Shown here: in pieces, positions 1-9,566 of the stretch
Numbering within the stretch: the stretch's first letter is position 1
Layout of the letters: every line of letters starts with the position of its first letter
NCBI GenBank assembly: GCA_963772365.1
Contig: CAVYXA010000001.1
Location: 1,056,001-1,120,000, forward strand
Reading direction: 5' to 3'
Length of the DNA stretch: 64,000 nt
Source: an uncultured Verrucomicrobiae bacterium
GTDB taxonomy: Bacteria > Verrucomicrobiota > Verrucomicrobiia > Chthoniobacterales > UBA10450
The notes under the pieces: model-generated
Database searches by the model: none
What the model saw: the letters and a program-made list of their open reading frames with translations, nothing else
What the model was told of the DNA's origin: nothing
Position numbers and translations under genes: made by a program

Positions 1-88
1 CAGCTTAATAGAATTTTCACCGCAAAAGCAGCGGCGCGATTCGCGATTTGGTGAAAGACCGACGAACAAGAGGCAAATCGTGAAGCGC

Positions 89-139
89 GAATCGTGAATC
101 GTGAATCGTCATTCGATGTAACGATGTAACGATGTAACG
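89..139. repeat. Short tandem repeats (GAATCGT)x3 followed by (CGATGTAA)x3
   Basis: Read directly: GAATCGT at 89-109 and CGATGTAA at 114-137, just downstream of the aas stop. Confidence 0.85.
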
Positions 140-157
140 AATTACGATCCCGTTTCG

Positions 158-2371
158 TCATTCGTGCTTCGTCACTGCTTCTGTGAGTTCCTTGCATCTT
201 TTCAGATCCAATTTTCCCGAAGCCAGAACAGGAATTGACTCCAGCTGCTGAACCTGTTTCGGGATCCACAAATTGGGAACACCGGCTTCACGCAGCTTAT
301 GGCGCAATTGGGCAAGATCGACATCTACTGCGCTTAAAAGCACCAGCGCTTCGCCCTTTTGCTCGTCTTGCACACCCATGATCGCAAACGGGCGTTCCTC
401 TCGTCCGCTGAAACCGAGAAGATCGACAATTTTCATTTCCACCGCTTCGTGTGGCACCATCTCGCCCCCGATTTTTGAAAAACGCGACAGGCGGCCTTCG
501 ATATAAAGAAACCCATCTTCGTCAAACCGACCGATGTCTCCGGACTTCAACCAGCCATGGCGCAAGACTTCGTTCGTCTGCTCGGGATCGTCCAAATAGC
601 CTTCAAAAATATTCACCCCACGCAGCCAGACCATTCCAGTTTCCTGCAACGAAAGTTTTCTGTCGGTTTCCGGGTCGCGAATCTCGGCGGCGATGCCGGG
701 CGCCATTTTTCCGACGGAACCAAGGCGGCTCGACGGCTGGATCTGCTCGGCGGGTTTAGTCGGCTCCGGCTCAGGCAGGTTCACACTCACTACCGGCGAA
801 GTCTCGGTGAGACCATATCCTTCGAACACACGCTGATCGAAGCGTTCCTCGAAATGCCTGGCCAGATCGAGCGGCAATTTTTCCGCCCCGGTAATCACGA
901 GTCGCAAACTGCGGAACTGATCTGGCTCGGCCTTCCGCAAGTAAAGTCGCAGAAACGTGGGCGTGGCGAGCAACAACGTAAGTTTGTATTTTTGAATCAA
1001 GGCCGCGTTCTTCGCCGCATCGAGCGGATTGGGGTAGGTCACAATCGGCACGCCCTCGACCAGCGGATACCAAAGTGTAACCGTCGATCCGAAACTATGG
1101 AAAAACGGGAGCGACGCGAGAATGCCATCGCTTTTTTTGAGATCGAGCAGGTCGCAGAACTGGGAGACGTTACCAGCGATGTTGCGATGACTAAGGACCA
1201 CTCCTTTTGGCTCGCCAGTGCTTCCGCTTGTAAAAAGCAATGTCGCTTCGGCATGTCCACCCATTTTTGGAATCTGCAATAGACGCAAAAGCAGCGGCGT
1301 TGGCAGCAGGGTCGACATCACCCACCACAAAATGATCGGACGCTTCAGCCGGGGCATAACTTCATCGAGTTTGAGGACATTTTTTGGCCATGGAAAATCT
1401 TTCAATCTCTCCATGAAGGGCGTAGCCGAGATCACGACCTTTAGGTTGGCTCTTCTGCAACACGATTCATTCGCTGACCGGCCCATGGTGAAATTTAGAT
1501 CGACAGGTACTTTGCCCGCCAGAGTGACGGCCAGATTCGCTACCATGGATCCTTTGCTCGCAGGCAAAACGATTGCGATGCGCTCGTCGCGAAATTCCCG
1601 CCGCAAATAACGGCTCAATGCTGCAGCCGCCCCGAGTAATTTCGAGCGACTCAAGCTGCTGTGATCAACACCATCGACAACGGCGGTTCGGAAAGGCCCG
1701 TTTTTTAGCCCACGAAGACAAGCCTCAGCAAGATGTCGATCCAACTTGGACTGTCGGCTGTAACAAAACTCCCCGAGCTTGAGCAATTCTTCTCGCAGCG
1801 TGGGAAGTTCCGCCTCATCTGGCTTCAATGGCTTACCGAAGGCCACTGTAACCGGGTAGGGAATTCGCCGCGGCCATTTGGTGAAGAATCTCCCGCCTTG
1901 GAAGGAAAAAATTGATCCCCAGAGTTGATCCAGCCAGACTGGGACTACCGGTGCATCCGCGTGGCGCGCGATGAGTTCAAAACCACGTCTTAAACGTAAA
2001 AGCGTACCCGAACGTTCGAGTTGGCCCTCGGGAAAAACACAAACGATCTCGCCTTCTCGGATCTTTTTCGCCGCCGCCCGAATGGCAGCGTGAGAACGGC
2101 GGATGTCGATAGGGATACATCCGACAAGCCGTAAGAAGGGCTTTAGCAATGGCTTGTAATAAAATTCCTGATCGACGACATAACGAATTGGTCTTTGGTA
2201 AGCAAGTTGCAGTATAATGGCATCGACCCAGGTGATGTGGTTGGGCAAGAGGAGGAATCCGCCGCCGGGAAGATTTTCCAATCCATGAGCGGCGACCCGA
2301 TACACACAGCGTGCCAGAAGCCGGCCCATACCGTAAACGAGACGCTCGGCTAACGAAACACGATTCACCAT
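158..2371 (-). CDS. aas: Bifunctional lysophospholipid acyltransferase / acyl-ACP synthetase (Aas-like)
   Basis: N-terminal PlsC motifs NHITWVD and FPEG; AMP-binding FTSGSTGEPKG, YGLTE and GDIG. Confidence 0.9.
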   Translation of the reverse strand: MVNRVSLAERLVYGMGRLLARCVYRVAAHGLENLPGGGFLLLPNHITWVDAIILQLAYQRPIRYVVDQEFYYKPLLKPFLRLVGCIPIDIRRSHAAIRAAAKKIREGEIVCVFPEGQLERSGTLLRLRRGFELIARHADAPVVPVWLDQLWGSIFSFQGGRFFTKWPRRIPYPVTVAFGKPLKPDEAELPTLREELLKLGEFCYSRQSKLDRHLAEACLRGLKNGPFRTAVVDGVDHSSLSRSKLLGAAAALSRYLRREFRDERIAIVLPASKGSMVANLAVTLAGKVPVDLNFTMGRSANESCCRRANLKVVISATPFMERLKDFPWPKNVLKLDEVMPRLKRPIILWWVMSTLLPTPLLLRLLQIPKMGGHAEATLLFTSGSTGEPKGVVLSHRNIAGNVSQFCDLLDLKKSDGILASLPFFHSFGSTVTLWYPLVEGVPIVTYPNPLDAAKNAALIQKYKLTLLLATPTFLRLYLRKAEPDQFRSLRLVITGAEKLPLDLARHFEERFDQRVFEGYGLTETSPVVSVNLPEPEPTKPAEQIQPSSRLGSVGKMAPGIAAEIRDPETDRKLSLQETGMVWLRGVNIFEGYLDDPEQTNEVLRHGWLKSGDIGRFDEDGFLYIEGRLSRFSKIGGEMVPHEAVEMKIVDLLGFSGREERPFAIMGVQDEQKGEALVLLSAVDVDLAQLRHKLREAGVPNLWIPKQVQQLESIPVLASGKLDLKRCKELTEAVTKHE

Positions 2372-2426
2372 TATTTAAGGATTTACATTTCCCGTGCGGT
2401 CATTTATCTGCAATCGGCAATTGTCC

Positions 2427-3710
2427 ATGCAACCGGCCGATAGAACAGGCAATCGGGCTGCAATCGCGCTGTGGTTGCTGCTTGCCATCAATCTCTTTAA
2501 TTACATCGACCGCTACATCCTGGCTGCGGTTTTGCCAAGGATTCGCCAAGAATTTTTGGCTGGCGATCCGAATCAGTTTGCCAAAGCTGGCTGGCTGTTT
2601 CCGGCATTCCTCCTCAGTTACCTGTGCGCGGCGCCTCTCTTCGGCTGGCTGGCAGACCGGGTGTCGCGCTGGTGGCTAATCGCTATCAGCGTTGGGATCT
2701 GGAGTCTGGCTAGCGGTTGGTCAGGCCTGGCCGTTTCGTTTGCGATATTGCTTTGCACACGCACGTTGGTGGGGATTGGTGAAGCCGGATATGGCCCAGC
2801 CGCACCGACGATTTTGTCCGATCTGTATCCACTCGAACGGCGCGGTAGGATTCTTTCATACTTCTACCTGGCGATGCCTGTAGGGGCGGCGCTTGGCTAT
2901 GCCTTTGGCGGTAAAATTTCTGACCTGCTGGGGTGGCGCTCGGCGTTTTACCTGGTCGTAGCACCCGGGTTGATCCTGGCGGGCCTTTGTTTGTTGATGC
3001 GTGATCCTCGCGCAGGATCGACATGGCCAGCTCAGAAAAATCGCCCCACCGCACGTGATTACACGGCCCTGATTCGCAACAAATCGTACGTGATCAATAC
3101 CGCCGCGATGACGGCACTCGTCTTCGCAATTGGCGGAATGTCTGCATGGGTACCGGACTACATTTTCTCGGAACGGGGACACGAATTCGCCGCCAGCCAA
3201 AACCTGCTGGGCAATATCAATCTAACCTTTGGCGCAATCACCGCCGCGGCAGGGTTTCTGGGTACATTGCTCGGTGGCTGGATAGGCGACTGCCTGCGCA
3301 AGCGATATGCCAGCGCTTACTTCTTGATCTCCGGCGTCGCCATGTTGCTGGCGTTTCCGGCCACGATCGCGATGCTGCATGTGCGTTTTCCCGGCGCCTG
3401 GATTTGCATTTTTCTGTCGGTTTTCTTCCTGTTTTTCAATACCGGTCCTGCGAACACTGCGCTTGTGAATGTTACGCTTCCAAACGTGCGCTCCGCTGCA
3501 TTCGGCCTCAACATCTTCCTGATTCACTTGTTTGGCGATGCTGCTTCACCGCCACTCATTGGTGCTATCCGCGATCGGTCGAGCATGAAGGCTGGCTTTC
3601 TGGTGGTTTCTTTCGCGATTCTCATTGCGGCGCTGCTTTGGTTTTGGGGCACAAAATATCTCGCCGCCGACACGGAGGCAGTCGAGAAGAGTACCCAGAC
3701 CTCTTCCTAG
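2427..3710 (+). CDS. MFS transporter, spinster-like
   Basis: NLFNYIDR, GWLADRVSR and GIGEAGY motifs; about 12 TM segments; ATG at 2427 chosen as start. Confidence 0.85.
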   Translation: MQPADRTGNRAAIALWLLLAINLFNYIDRYILAAVLPRIRQEFLAGDPNQFAKAGWLFPAFLLSYLCAAPLFGWLADRVSRWWLIAISVGIWSLASGWSGLAVSFAILLCTRTLVGIGEAGYGPAAPTILSDLYPLERRGRILSYFYLAMPVGAALGYAFGGKISDLLGWRSAFYLVVAPGLILAGLCLLMRDPRAGSTWPAQKNRPTARDYTALIRNKSYVINTAAMTALVFAIGGMSAWVPDYIFSERGHEFAASQNLLGNINLTFGAITAAAGFLGTLLGGWIGDCLRKRYASAYFLISGVAMLLAFPATIAMLHVRFPGAWICIFLSVFFLFFNTGPANTALVNVTLPNVRSAAFGLNIFLIHLFGDAASPPLIGAIRDRSSMKAGFLVVSFAILIAALLWFWGTKYLAADTEAVEKSTQTSS

Positions 3711-5503
3711 GGCGCAGTCTGGGCGTCGAGGTGCACGTCGTAGGCGTTCGCTTTGGCCAGAGCTATCGAGGCTGCTTCTTCCCGGCCATCTTTCGCCAAC
3801 AAGTGGCTGAGCAGTTGCCAGGTTTCCGCACGATACCATTCCGTGCGCAGACAGTTTTCCAACTCATCAATTGCTTTTTTCGTCGCGCCAGCCTCATCCA
3901 GCACTTTGACATAGCGTTTTTCGATCGACCAATTCGGCGGACCTGTCCTCGCTGCCAACCGAAGACGCAACAAATCGACCGTGCCTTTTTCCTTGTAGTT
4001 GAGCACCGCAAGAAGTTCGTGTGCCTGAGCATCGACAGCAGGCATCTGCGTGGCGCTGTTGAGGAGTTCCCGCGCCAGCCTGAAGTCATTTTGCTTTAGC
4101 GCAACCGCAGCGAGATTCAACACAGCCAGCGGCTCATTGGGCGATTTTTGAAGCGCTTCGTGCAGATGTATAGCTGCATCCGAGAGTTTGCCCTCATTGA
4201 TTTCCGCTCCCGCCAGGTTGATCAGCATCCGGGCGGAACGTCCGCCGCTGGCAATGGTCCGTTCGACAAATGTGCGCTGGTCTTTCCAATCGAACGCCCT
4301 GGCAAAACTGCGGACCCCCAGAAATAGGATCCACAAAAAAATAATTGTCAGAAAAGCAGCCCGGATTGTCGATCCTCTGCGGGAAAAAAAATCAATGCCC
4401 TCGATGGCTACGGCCAGGAAAAGAAATGCAGAAGGTAAATAGAGCCAGTGCTCCGCAACAGTCGCGTTCAAGGCTACGATCCCGCTCACCGGCAGATAAG
4501 TGATGATCGCAAGGATCAGACAGGCGAAAACAGGAGGACAGCGGTGGCGAGCGTTGGCCATCCAATACACAATGCCGGCCGCAAGCAGGATCCCGAGCAG
4601 CGTTTGCAATTCACGCCGGGCGGCCCGGCTTAAACTCGGATCGTTGAAGCCAGTCGGATGCGTCTCGACATCTCGGTCCATGTGAAGGTTAACCGGCAGC
4701 AGAATCAGTCCTGCATATTCCGCCAGGGCACGCGCGATGATGATGGGTCTGACTGATGCTGGCGCTGGCTGATGAACTACCGGTGGCTGAACGTGCTCAG
4801 CCGGAAGCCGCAGGCTCACATACACGACACCCACACAGACTGCGACCACAATAGTCTTGAATATTGCCTTCCAATTTCTTCCAACAGCAAGAAGGGACAT
4901 CGTAAGAACCGGAAAAATCAGGCCGGATTCCTTACTCAATCCGCTGAGTAAAAAGAGCGCCACAGCAGCGATGAGAAGTAAAAATTTATTTCTCGGAGTT
5001 GTCCGGACACTTCGCAGAACGAGATAAGATCCAAGAAAGCCAAAAAGGGCCGCCAAAGGATCGGCCCGGCCAGAAACATAAGCGACAGCGGCACTGTGCG
5101 CCGGGTGGATCGCCCAGACCAGCGCCGGAAAGAAAGCAATGAGACGGCGCCTTGGTAAGCCGATCCCAAAACTTAGAAGAAGCTCTTCCGCGAAAAAAAA
5201 GAGCGCGATCGACGCAGCGATATGACAAGCAATACTCGTCACATGATATACGGCGGGATGGAAGATGAACCCGGCGTACTCGAATGTGTAGCTGAGGCGT
5301 TGAATGGGTCGGTAAAAATTTGAAGCCGTGGCGTCTGTGAACAGATAATGATTGAATCCTTCCGGAATCAGCCGCCAGCTTCGGATCAAAGGATCGCGCA
5401 GGATGAGCGCGGTATCATCCCAGACGAAATCATTTTGCAACGCGGGAGCGTAGGTCGCGGTCACAGCAATCGCGATTAGGAGAACGGCGATCCATTTTTT
5501 CAT
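3707..5503 (-). CDS. TMTC-like GT-C membrane glycosyltransferase with C-terminal TPRs
   Basis: DFVWDD, FYRP, SGRAD, SKE and AEHWLYLP motifs plus TPR-like C-terminus; start trimmed to MKKWIAV because the ORF extension runs through a repeat. Confidence 0.75.
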   Translation of the reverse strand: MKKWIAVLLIAIAVTATYAPALQNDFVWDDTALILRDPLIRSWRLIPEGFNHYLFTDATASNFYRPIQRLSYTFEYAGFIFHPAVYHVTSIACHIAASIALFFFAEELLLSFGIGLPRRRLIAFFPALVWAIHPAHSAAVAYVSGRADPLAALFGFLGSYLVLRSVRTTPRNKFLLLIAAVALFLLSGLSKESGLIFPVLTMSLLAVGRNWKAIFKTIVVAVCVGVVYVSLRLPAEHVQPPVVHQPAPASVRPIIIARALAEYAGLILLPVNLHMDRDVETHPTGFNDPSLSRAARRELQTLLGILLAAGIVYWMANARHRCPPVFACLILAIITYLPVSGIVALNATVAEHWLYLPSAFLFLAVAIEGIDFFSRRGSTIRAAFLTIIFLWILFLGVRSFARAFDWKDQRTFVERTIASGGRSARMLINLAGAEINEGKLSDAAIHLHEALQKSPNEPLAVLNLAAVALKQNDFRLARELLNSATQMPAVDAQAHELLAVLNYKEKGTVDLLRLRLAARTGPPNWSIEKRYVKVLDEAGATKKAIDELENCLRTEWYRAETWQLLSHLLAKDGREEAASIALAKANAYDVHLDAQTAP

Positions 5504-5538
5504 CCGTGAGTTGCGATCACCGCGCTGATAGCTGCTAT

Positions 5539-5622
5539 TGTCATCCTGAGCGAAGTCGGCGGATCCCGGCACACTGCCACCTGACAGCGCAACGGGATTC
5601 CTCGATTCCGCTCGGAATGAGA
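5539..5622. repeat. TGTCAT...ATGACA palindromic intergenic repeat, degenerate copy
   Basis: TGTCATCCTGAGCGAAG ... TTCCGCTCGGAATGAGA; similar to four other copies in the window. Confidence 0.7.
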
Positions 5623-5631
5623 GATTCATGT

Positions 5632-6378
5632 ATGAGGTTGTTCGTGGGAATCTATCTGGCTGCCTTGGTCGGGAGCAATGCTTGTGCCGATGGCCTCCCG
5701 AAGGATTGCACCCAGCTAATTGTCGCCGTCGCTCCGACCTGGGATTCTATGCGCGGGCGGTTGCGATTACTTGAGCGACAGCAAGGCGGCGAATGGAAAA
5801 CGGCGGGTGGACCTTTCCCCGTGCTCTTTGGCAAGAACGGCGTTGCCTGGGGCAGGGGCCTGGCTGGTCAGAATGAAACCGGTTTACGAAAAAAAGAACG
5901 CGATGGGCGCGCACCAGCGGGAATTTTTCGGATCGGCAAAATCTACACCTACGATGCGAACTTGCCGAAGGGAGCGGATTATCCGTTTCACCAGGTCACG
6001 ACAGCTGACGCCTGGATCGACGATGTGAATAGCGCCGATTACAATCAGTTTGTCACGATCGACAATCCTGCGAATCCCCCACCCTGGTTCGAAAAGCAGA
6101 AGATGCGGCACCACGATTTCGCCTACCGCTGGCTGGTAGAAATTCGGCATAACTCCGATCCGCCCGTTCCGGGAGCGGGCAGCGCGATTTTTTTTCATAT
6201 TCGGCGCGGGGTCAATCGGCCAACGACTGGTTGCACCACGATGGCCGAGGCGGATTTGGTGAAATTAATCGTTTGGCTGCGAGCGGCGCGCGATCCTTGT
6301 TACGCACTATTAACGGCAAGCGAGTATGAAAAGAAATGGAAACAGTGGAACCTGCCGCCACCGACGGTGTTCCATTGA
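5632..6378 (+). CDS. L,D-transpeptidase (YkuD) family secreted protein
   Basis: Signal peptide; KKERDGRAPAG and GSAIFFH...PTTGC catalytic His/Cys pattern. Confidence 0.8.
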   Translation: MRLFVGIYLAALVGSNACADGLPKDCTQLIVAVAPTWDSMRGRLRLLERQQGGEWKTAGGPFPVLFGKNGVAWGRGLAGQNETGLRKKERDGRAPAGIFRIGKIYTYDANLPKGADYPFHQVTTADAWIDDVNSADYNQFVTIDNPANPPPWFEKQKMRHHDFAYRWLVEIRHNSDPPVPGAGSAIFFHIRRGVNRPTTGCTTMAEADLVKLIVWLRAARDPCYALLTASEYEKKWKQWNLPPPTVFH

Positions 6379-6435
6379 TTAACAATTAATAATTCATCGC
6401 TTGCATCGACACCGTAACTTTCTAGTAATTCCCCC

Positions 6436-6675
6436 ATGCGAAAACGTCCTAATCCAGATTCAGAGGAAAATATCCGGCGGATCGATACCAAGGCCCGCGC
6501 CAAAAAGCAGACGCACGGCTTTCAAGTCCATTTCCTCCGTGGCAAGAAAACCGTGACCAGAATGTTTAGCGATAGTTTGTACGGCGGGAAAGAAGGCGCC
6601 AGACGGGCCGCCCGAAAATTCCGGAACAGCACGCTACGGAAGTTGCCCAAGAAGCGGTCGGGCGGCTTTCGCTGA
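6436..6675 (+). CDS. Small basic AP2-like DNA-binding domain protein
   Basis: IRRID...HGFQVHFLRG...RMFSDSLYGGKEGARRAARKFR resembles bacterial AP2 domains. Confidence 0.6.
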   Translation: MRKRPNPDSEENIRRIDTKARAKKQTHGFQVHFLRGKKTVTRMFSDSLYGGKEGARRAARKFRNSTLRKLPKKRSGGFR

Positions 6676-6712
6676 GAATCATCGCGATTCGCTTGGGCAC
6701 TTAGCGGAGAGG

Positions 6713-8053
6713 TTAGCCGCGACTTCGCTCGCGATACGCTTTCCAACACTCCACAAAGGCCGGCGCGAAATCGTCAGGACGCGCTGCAATCCAGCCGTTC
6801 ACCGTATCGGGATGAAAGAAAGCGCCCGCCTCAATCTCGGCGCGATTGGGGCGGATTTCGCCCATCGCTTTCCCTTGAAAAAGCAAGATGAACTCCTGGT
6901 TCGTCCGCCGGGAAGCCGAAAGCTTGAGACATTTTTCCAAGGGAACAGTAATCCCTAGCTCCTCCTTCAGTTCCCGCCGAGCCGTTTCCTGATAATCCTC
7001 GCCGGCCGAAACGTGACCTGCGGCACTCGAATCCCATCGAAGTGGATTTCGATCCTTTTCGCGGGAACGCAACTGGAGGTAAATCCGGCCCAACGGGTCG
7101 AAAATGAAGATGTGGACGGCGCGATGACGCAAGTTATTCCCATGCGCTTCGAAGCGGTAGGCGTAGCGCAGGATACGATCCATTTCATCGACGATAGGGA
7201 AACGCTCCTGCTGCGAGGAATGAGCTTGTCCGGGCCAGAGCGGTGCTGCGAGATTTGTTAAGCCAATCCATTGTCCGAGTGACAGATCCTCTGCTCGAGC
7301 TTTGGCATCAAAACCGAGTAAGCCTGCGGCGCGCTCCCAGTTCGGCACCGCCGCGCGAAGTAATTTCTGTAATTGCTTACGTCTTTGAGAAAAACCAAAC
7401 CGAACCAGCTTCACGAACAGTTCGTTGTCGCGCGCAGGTAGTTCTCTCGGATCGCGCGGAGTGATTCGGATCAGCGCAGAATCGACATTCGGTTCCGGAA
7501 CAAAAACCGTTGAGGGAATGGTTCTCAGATATTCCACACGGTAATGCAATTGCACCATTAAGGTTAGCGCGCCATAATCCTTGGTTGAGGGCGAAGCCGA
7601 AAGACGCAACGCGAGCTCCTTCTGTAACGTCAACACACACAATGCGATAGGAGTGGGATACGCGAGATATTTGAAAAGGAGCGGGCTGGAAATCTTGTAG
7701 GGAAGATTGCCTAACATTTTTGCGACCGGCTGTGCAAACAACGATTGCACATCGAAATCCAGTGCATCCATGTTGCGAACTTCCAGACGTTCGTCACTCA
7801 ATCGCTCACGCAGAAAATTTGAGAGACGCGTGTCTTTCTCGATTGCCAACAACCGCGGCCCCTTTTTTAAGATTAATTCCGTCAGGGCTCCTAACCCGGG
7901 CCCAATTTCCAAAACAAAATCCTCCGGCTTCAGATCGGCCTGATCAACAATCCAGCGAGCCAGATTTTGGTCGTGCAGGAAATTCTGGCCCAGCGTTTTC
8001 ACCGGTGAGACGCGGATCTCGCGAAGTGTGGCGTTGATCTCGGAGAGCTTCAT
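6713..8053 (-). CDS. rsmA: 16S rRNA m6,2A dimethyltransferase RsmA/KsgA fused to a C-terminal NUDIX (IDI-like) domain
   Basis: LGQNFL, EIGPGLG, GNLPY and QRRKQL motifs; C-terminal GHVSAGEDYQETARRELKEELG Nudix box. Confidence 0.92.
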   Translation of the reverse strand: MKLSEINATLREIRVSPVKTLGQNFLHDQNLARWIVDQADLKPEDFVLEIGPGLGALTELILKKGPRLLAIEKDTRLSNFLRERLSDERLEVRNMDALDFDVQSLFAQPVAKMLGNLPYKISSPLLFKYLAYPTPIALCVLTLQKELALRLSASPSTKDYGALTLMVQLHYRVEYLRTIPSTVFVPEPNVDSALIRITPRDPRELPARDNELFVKLVRFGFSQRRKQLQKLLRAAVPNWERAAGLLGFDAKARAEDLSLGQWIGLTNLAAPLWPGQAHSSQQERFPIVDEMDRILRYAYRFEAHGNNLRHRAVHIFIFDPLGRIYLQLRSREKDRNPLRWDSSAAGHVSAGEDYQETARRELKEELGITVPLEKCLKLSASRRTNQEFILLFQGKAMGEIRPNRAEIEAGAFFHPDTVNGWIAARPDDFAPAFVECWKAYRERSRG

Positions 8054-8097
8054 AGGAAGATCGACAATGGGCTGCTGATCTCTGGAATTCCGAAAGC

Positions 8098-8162
8098 TTG
8101 TTCACAAAACTGGTGTGAACAAACTGGGCTGGGACAATAATCTTATTCACAAGTTATCCACG
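8098..8162. promoter_or_regulatory. Cluster of four DnaA-box-like 9-mers
   Basis: TTGTTCACA 8098, TGTGAACAA 8114 (inverted), TTATTCACA 8143, TTATCCACG 8154. Confidence 0.55.
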
Positions 8163-8232
8163 GGTAAATCATTCCCTTCTTTGCCGCCCCCTCCCAGCGG
8201 CAAGCTGGCCTAATCCGTAGCCTGGCAGAATC

Positions 8233-9303
8233 TCATTTGCCTGCGGGCAGAGCTCGATGCGCCTGTTTCTTGCGACTTGTCAGATAGGTCCGGCGCGCCT
8301 CTTTCAGGGTCACGCCTTCGAGAAAGTAAGCAGTGGCAGCGCGCCCGATAGCATAGGTGCCGGCGCCAGCTACCATTCCGCAAACCACGTTCCCCCACCC
8401 TGGAAAGAACTTCAGCAGCGCCCGGGTGCCCTCTCGCAGCAGCATTCCAGCGCCGACATTCGCTCCCAATGCGCCAATGAATTCGGTGGCCGCACGCAGG
8501 CTTCGCTCCCGACCACTGATATACATGATCCCAGAAACCATCACCAGCTGGAGAGTCGTGAGAATCGGCAGATCAGCCAATGGAATCGGTTGGGCTCCGA
8601 TAGCTGTGCATATCGCTGTCGTCGACTTTACCAAAATCTGAGCCACATGGTGTTGGGCCTCACGGTCGTGCGAAATCCGAATCATTTCGATTTTGGCTTC
8701 ATTCGGCAGCTCTTGGGTCAAGATCGACATCAGCCGGGCCGCATCGGCCGAACCGGTTTGGCCAAGCTGTATCGTCGCGAGCAGCCGACTACGGACGCCA
8801 CTGGGCGCATGAAGCTCTTTCTCCATGAGCGTGCCGTTCTTTTGGGACCCCAGGGACAAGGCGATGATTTTTGTGGCACTCGGAACCAATTCGCCGAAAG
8901 CGGACCCAACAGCGGCCAAATCGTTTCCAATGAGGAAAACGAGGTCAGCGGGCTGACGTTTTAGTTCGTAGCTGATCTCATCCATCGCAGAGTCATCCGG
9001 TTCTCGCGCGTCCAGAATTGCGATCGAACCCTGGTCGTCGATCTTCCAATCCGCCCATCGATGGACTGGAGTTACCGCCATACTGATCTGCTCATCAGGC
9101 GAAGAAGAGAAAACGGCCTGGACTATTTCTGGCATTGGCAACTTGCCGGACCCGACGAACAGAAAGCGCGGCGGACGCTGTGCCAGAAATAGCTCCTTGA
9201 GCGGGGTCAGCTCACTCAAGATCGGGCGCCGGATTCCGTCCGGCAGTTTCCCGATCAGCCCTTCGAGCCGCTCCACAATATGCAAGAGTGCAGTTTGATT
9301 CAT
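8233..9303 (-). CDS. DUF697/YcjF-like protein with degenerate N-terminal GTPase-like domain
   Basis: AIGAQPIPLADLPILTTLQ...KFFPGWG...AGAGTYAIG C-terminal domain; RPPRFLFVG start of a decayed P-loop. Confidence 0.65.
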   Translation of the reverse strand: MNQTALLHIVERLEGLIGKLPDGIRRPILSELTPLKELFLAQRPPRFLFVGSGKLPMPEIVQAVFSSSPDEQISMAVTPVHRWADWKIDDQGSIAILDAREPDDSAMDEISYELKRQPADLVFLIGNDLAAVGSAFGELVPSATKIIALSLGSQKNGTLMEKELHAPSGVRSRLLATIQLGQTGSADAARLMSILTQELPNEAKIEMIRISHDREAQHHVAQILVKSTTAICTAIGAQPIPLADLPILTTLQLVMVSGIMYISGRERSLRAATEFIGALGANVGAGMLLREGTRALLKFFPGWGNVVCGMVAGAGTYAIGRAATAYFLEGVTLKEARRTYLTSRKKQAHRALPAGK

Positions 9304-9337
9304 TTCAGGGCCTTAAATGTTGCACCAAGTGAAAGTC

Positions 9338-9429
9338 TGTCATTCTGAGCGAAGCGAAGAATCTCAAATCATTTTTGACGTCCTTACCTGGGCAATAGAA
9401 GGAGATGTTTCGTTTCGCTCAATATGACA
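9338..9429. repeat. TGTCAT...ATGACA palindromic intergenic repeat
   Basis: TGTCATTCTGAGCGAAGCGAAGAATCTC ... GAGATGTTTCGTTTCGCTCAATATGACA. Confidence 0.85.
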
Positions 9430-9566
9430 ATGTGGTTAACCGCAAACTCAGGGTTCGACAATTCAACACGCCAAGTCATTCGTCATTTCATACTGTCGAT
9501 CGTACGAAAACGCACGCGCACGAAATTCAGGTTTCCAACTCTGCCAGGCTCCGATAAAAATCTAGG

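Noticed and set aside
89..139. Tandem 7- and 8-mers as CRISPR or iterons
   Set aside because: They have no spacers and no rep gene nearby; simple intergenic microsatellites
5504..5631. N-terminal extensions of ORFs 3707-5629 and 5506-6378
   Set aside because: Both run through the TGTCAT repeat; better starts with signal or TM sequences exist at 5503 and 5632
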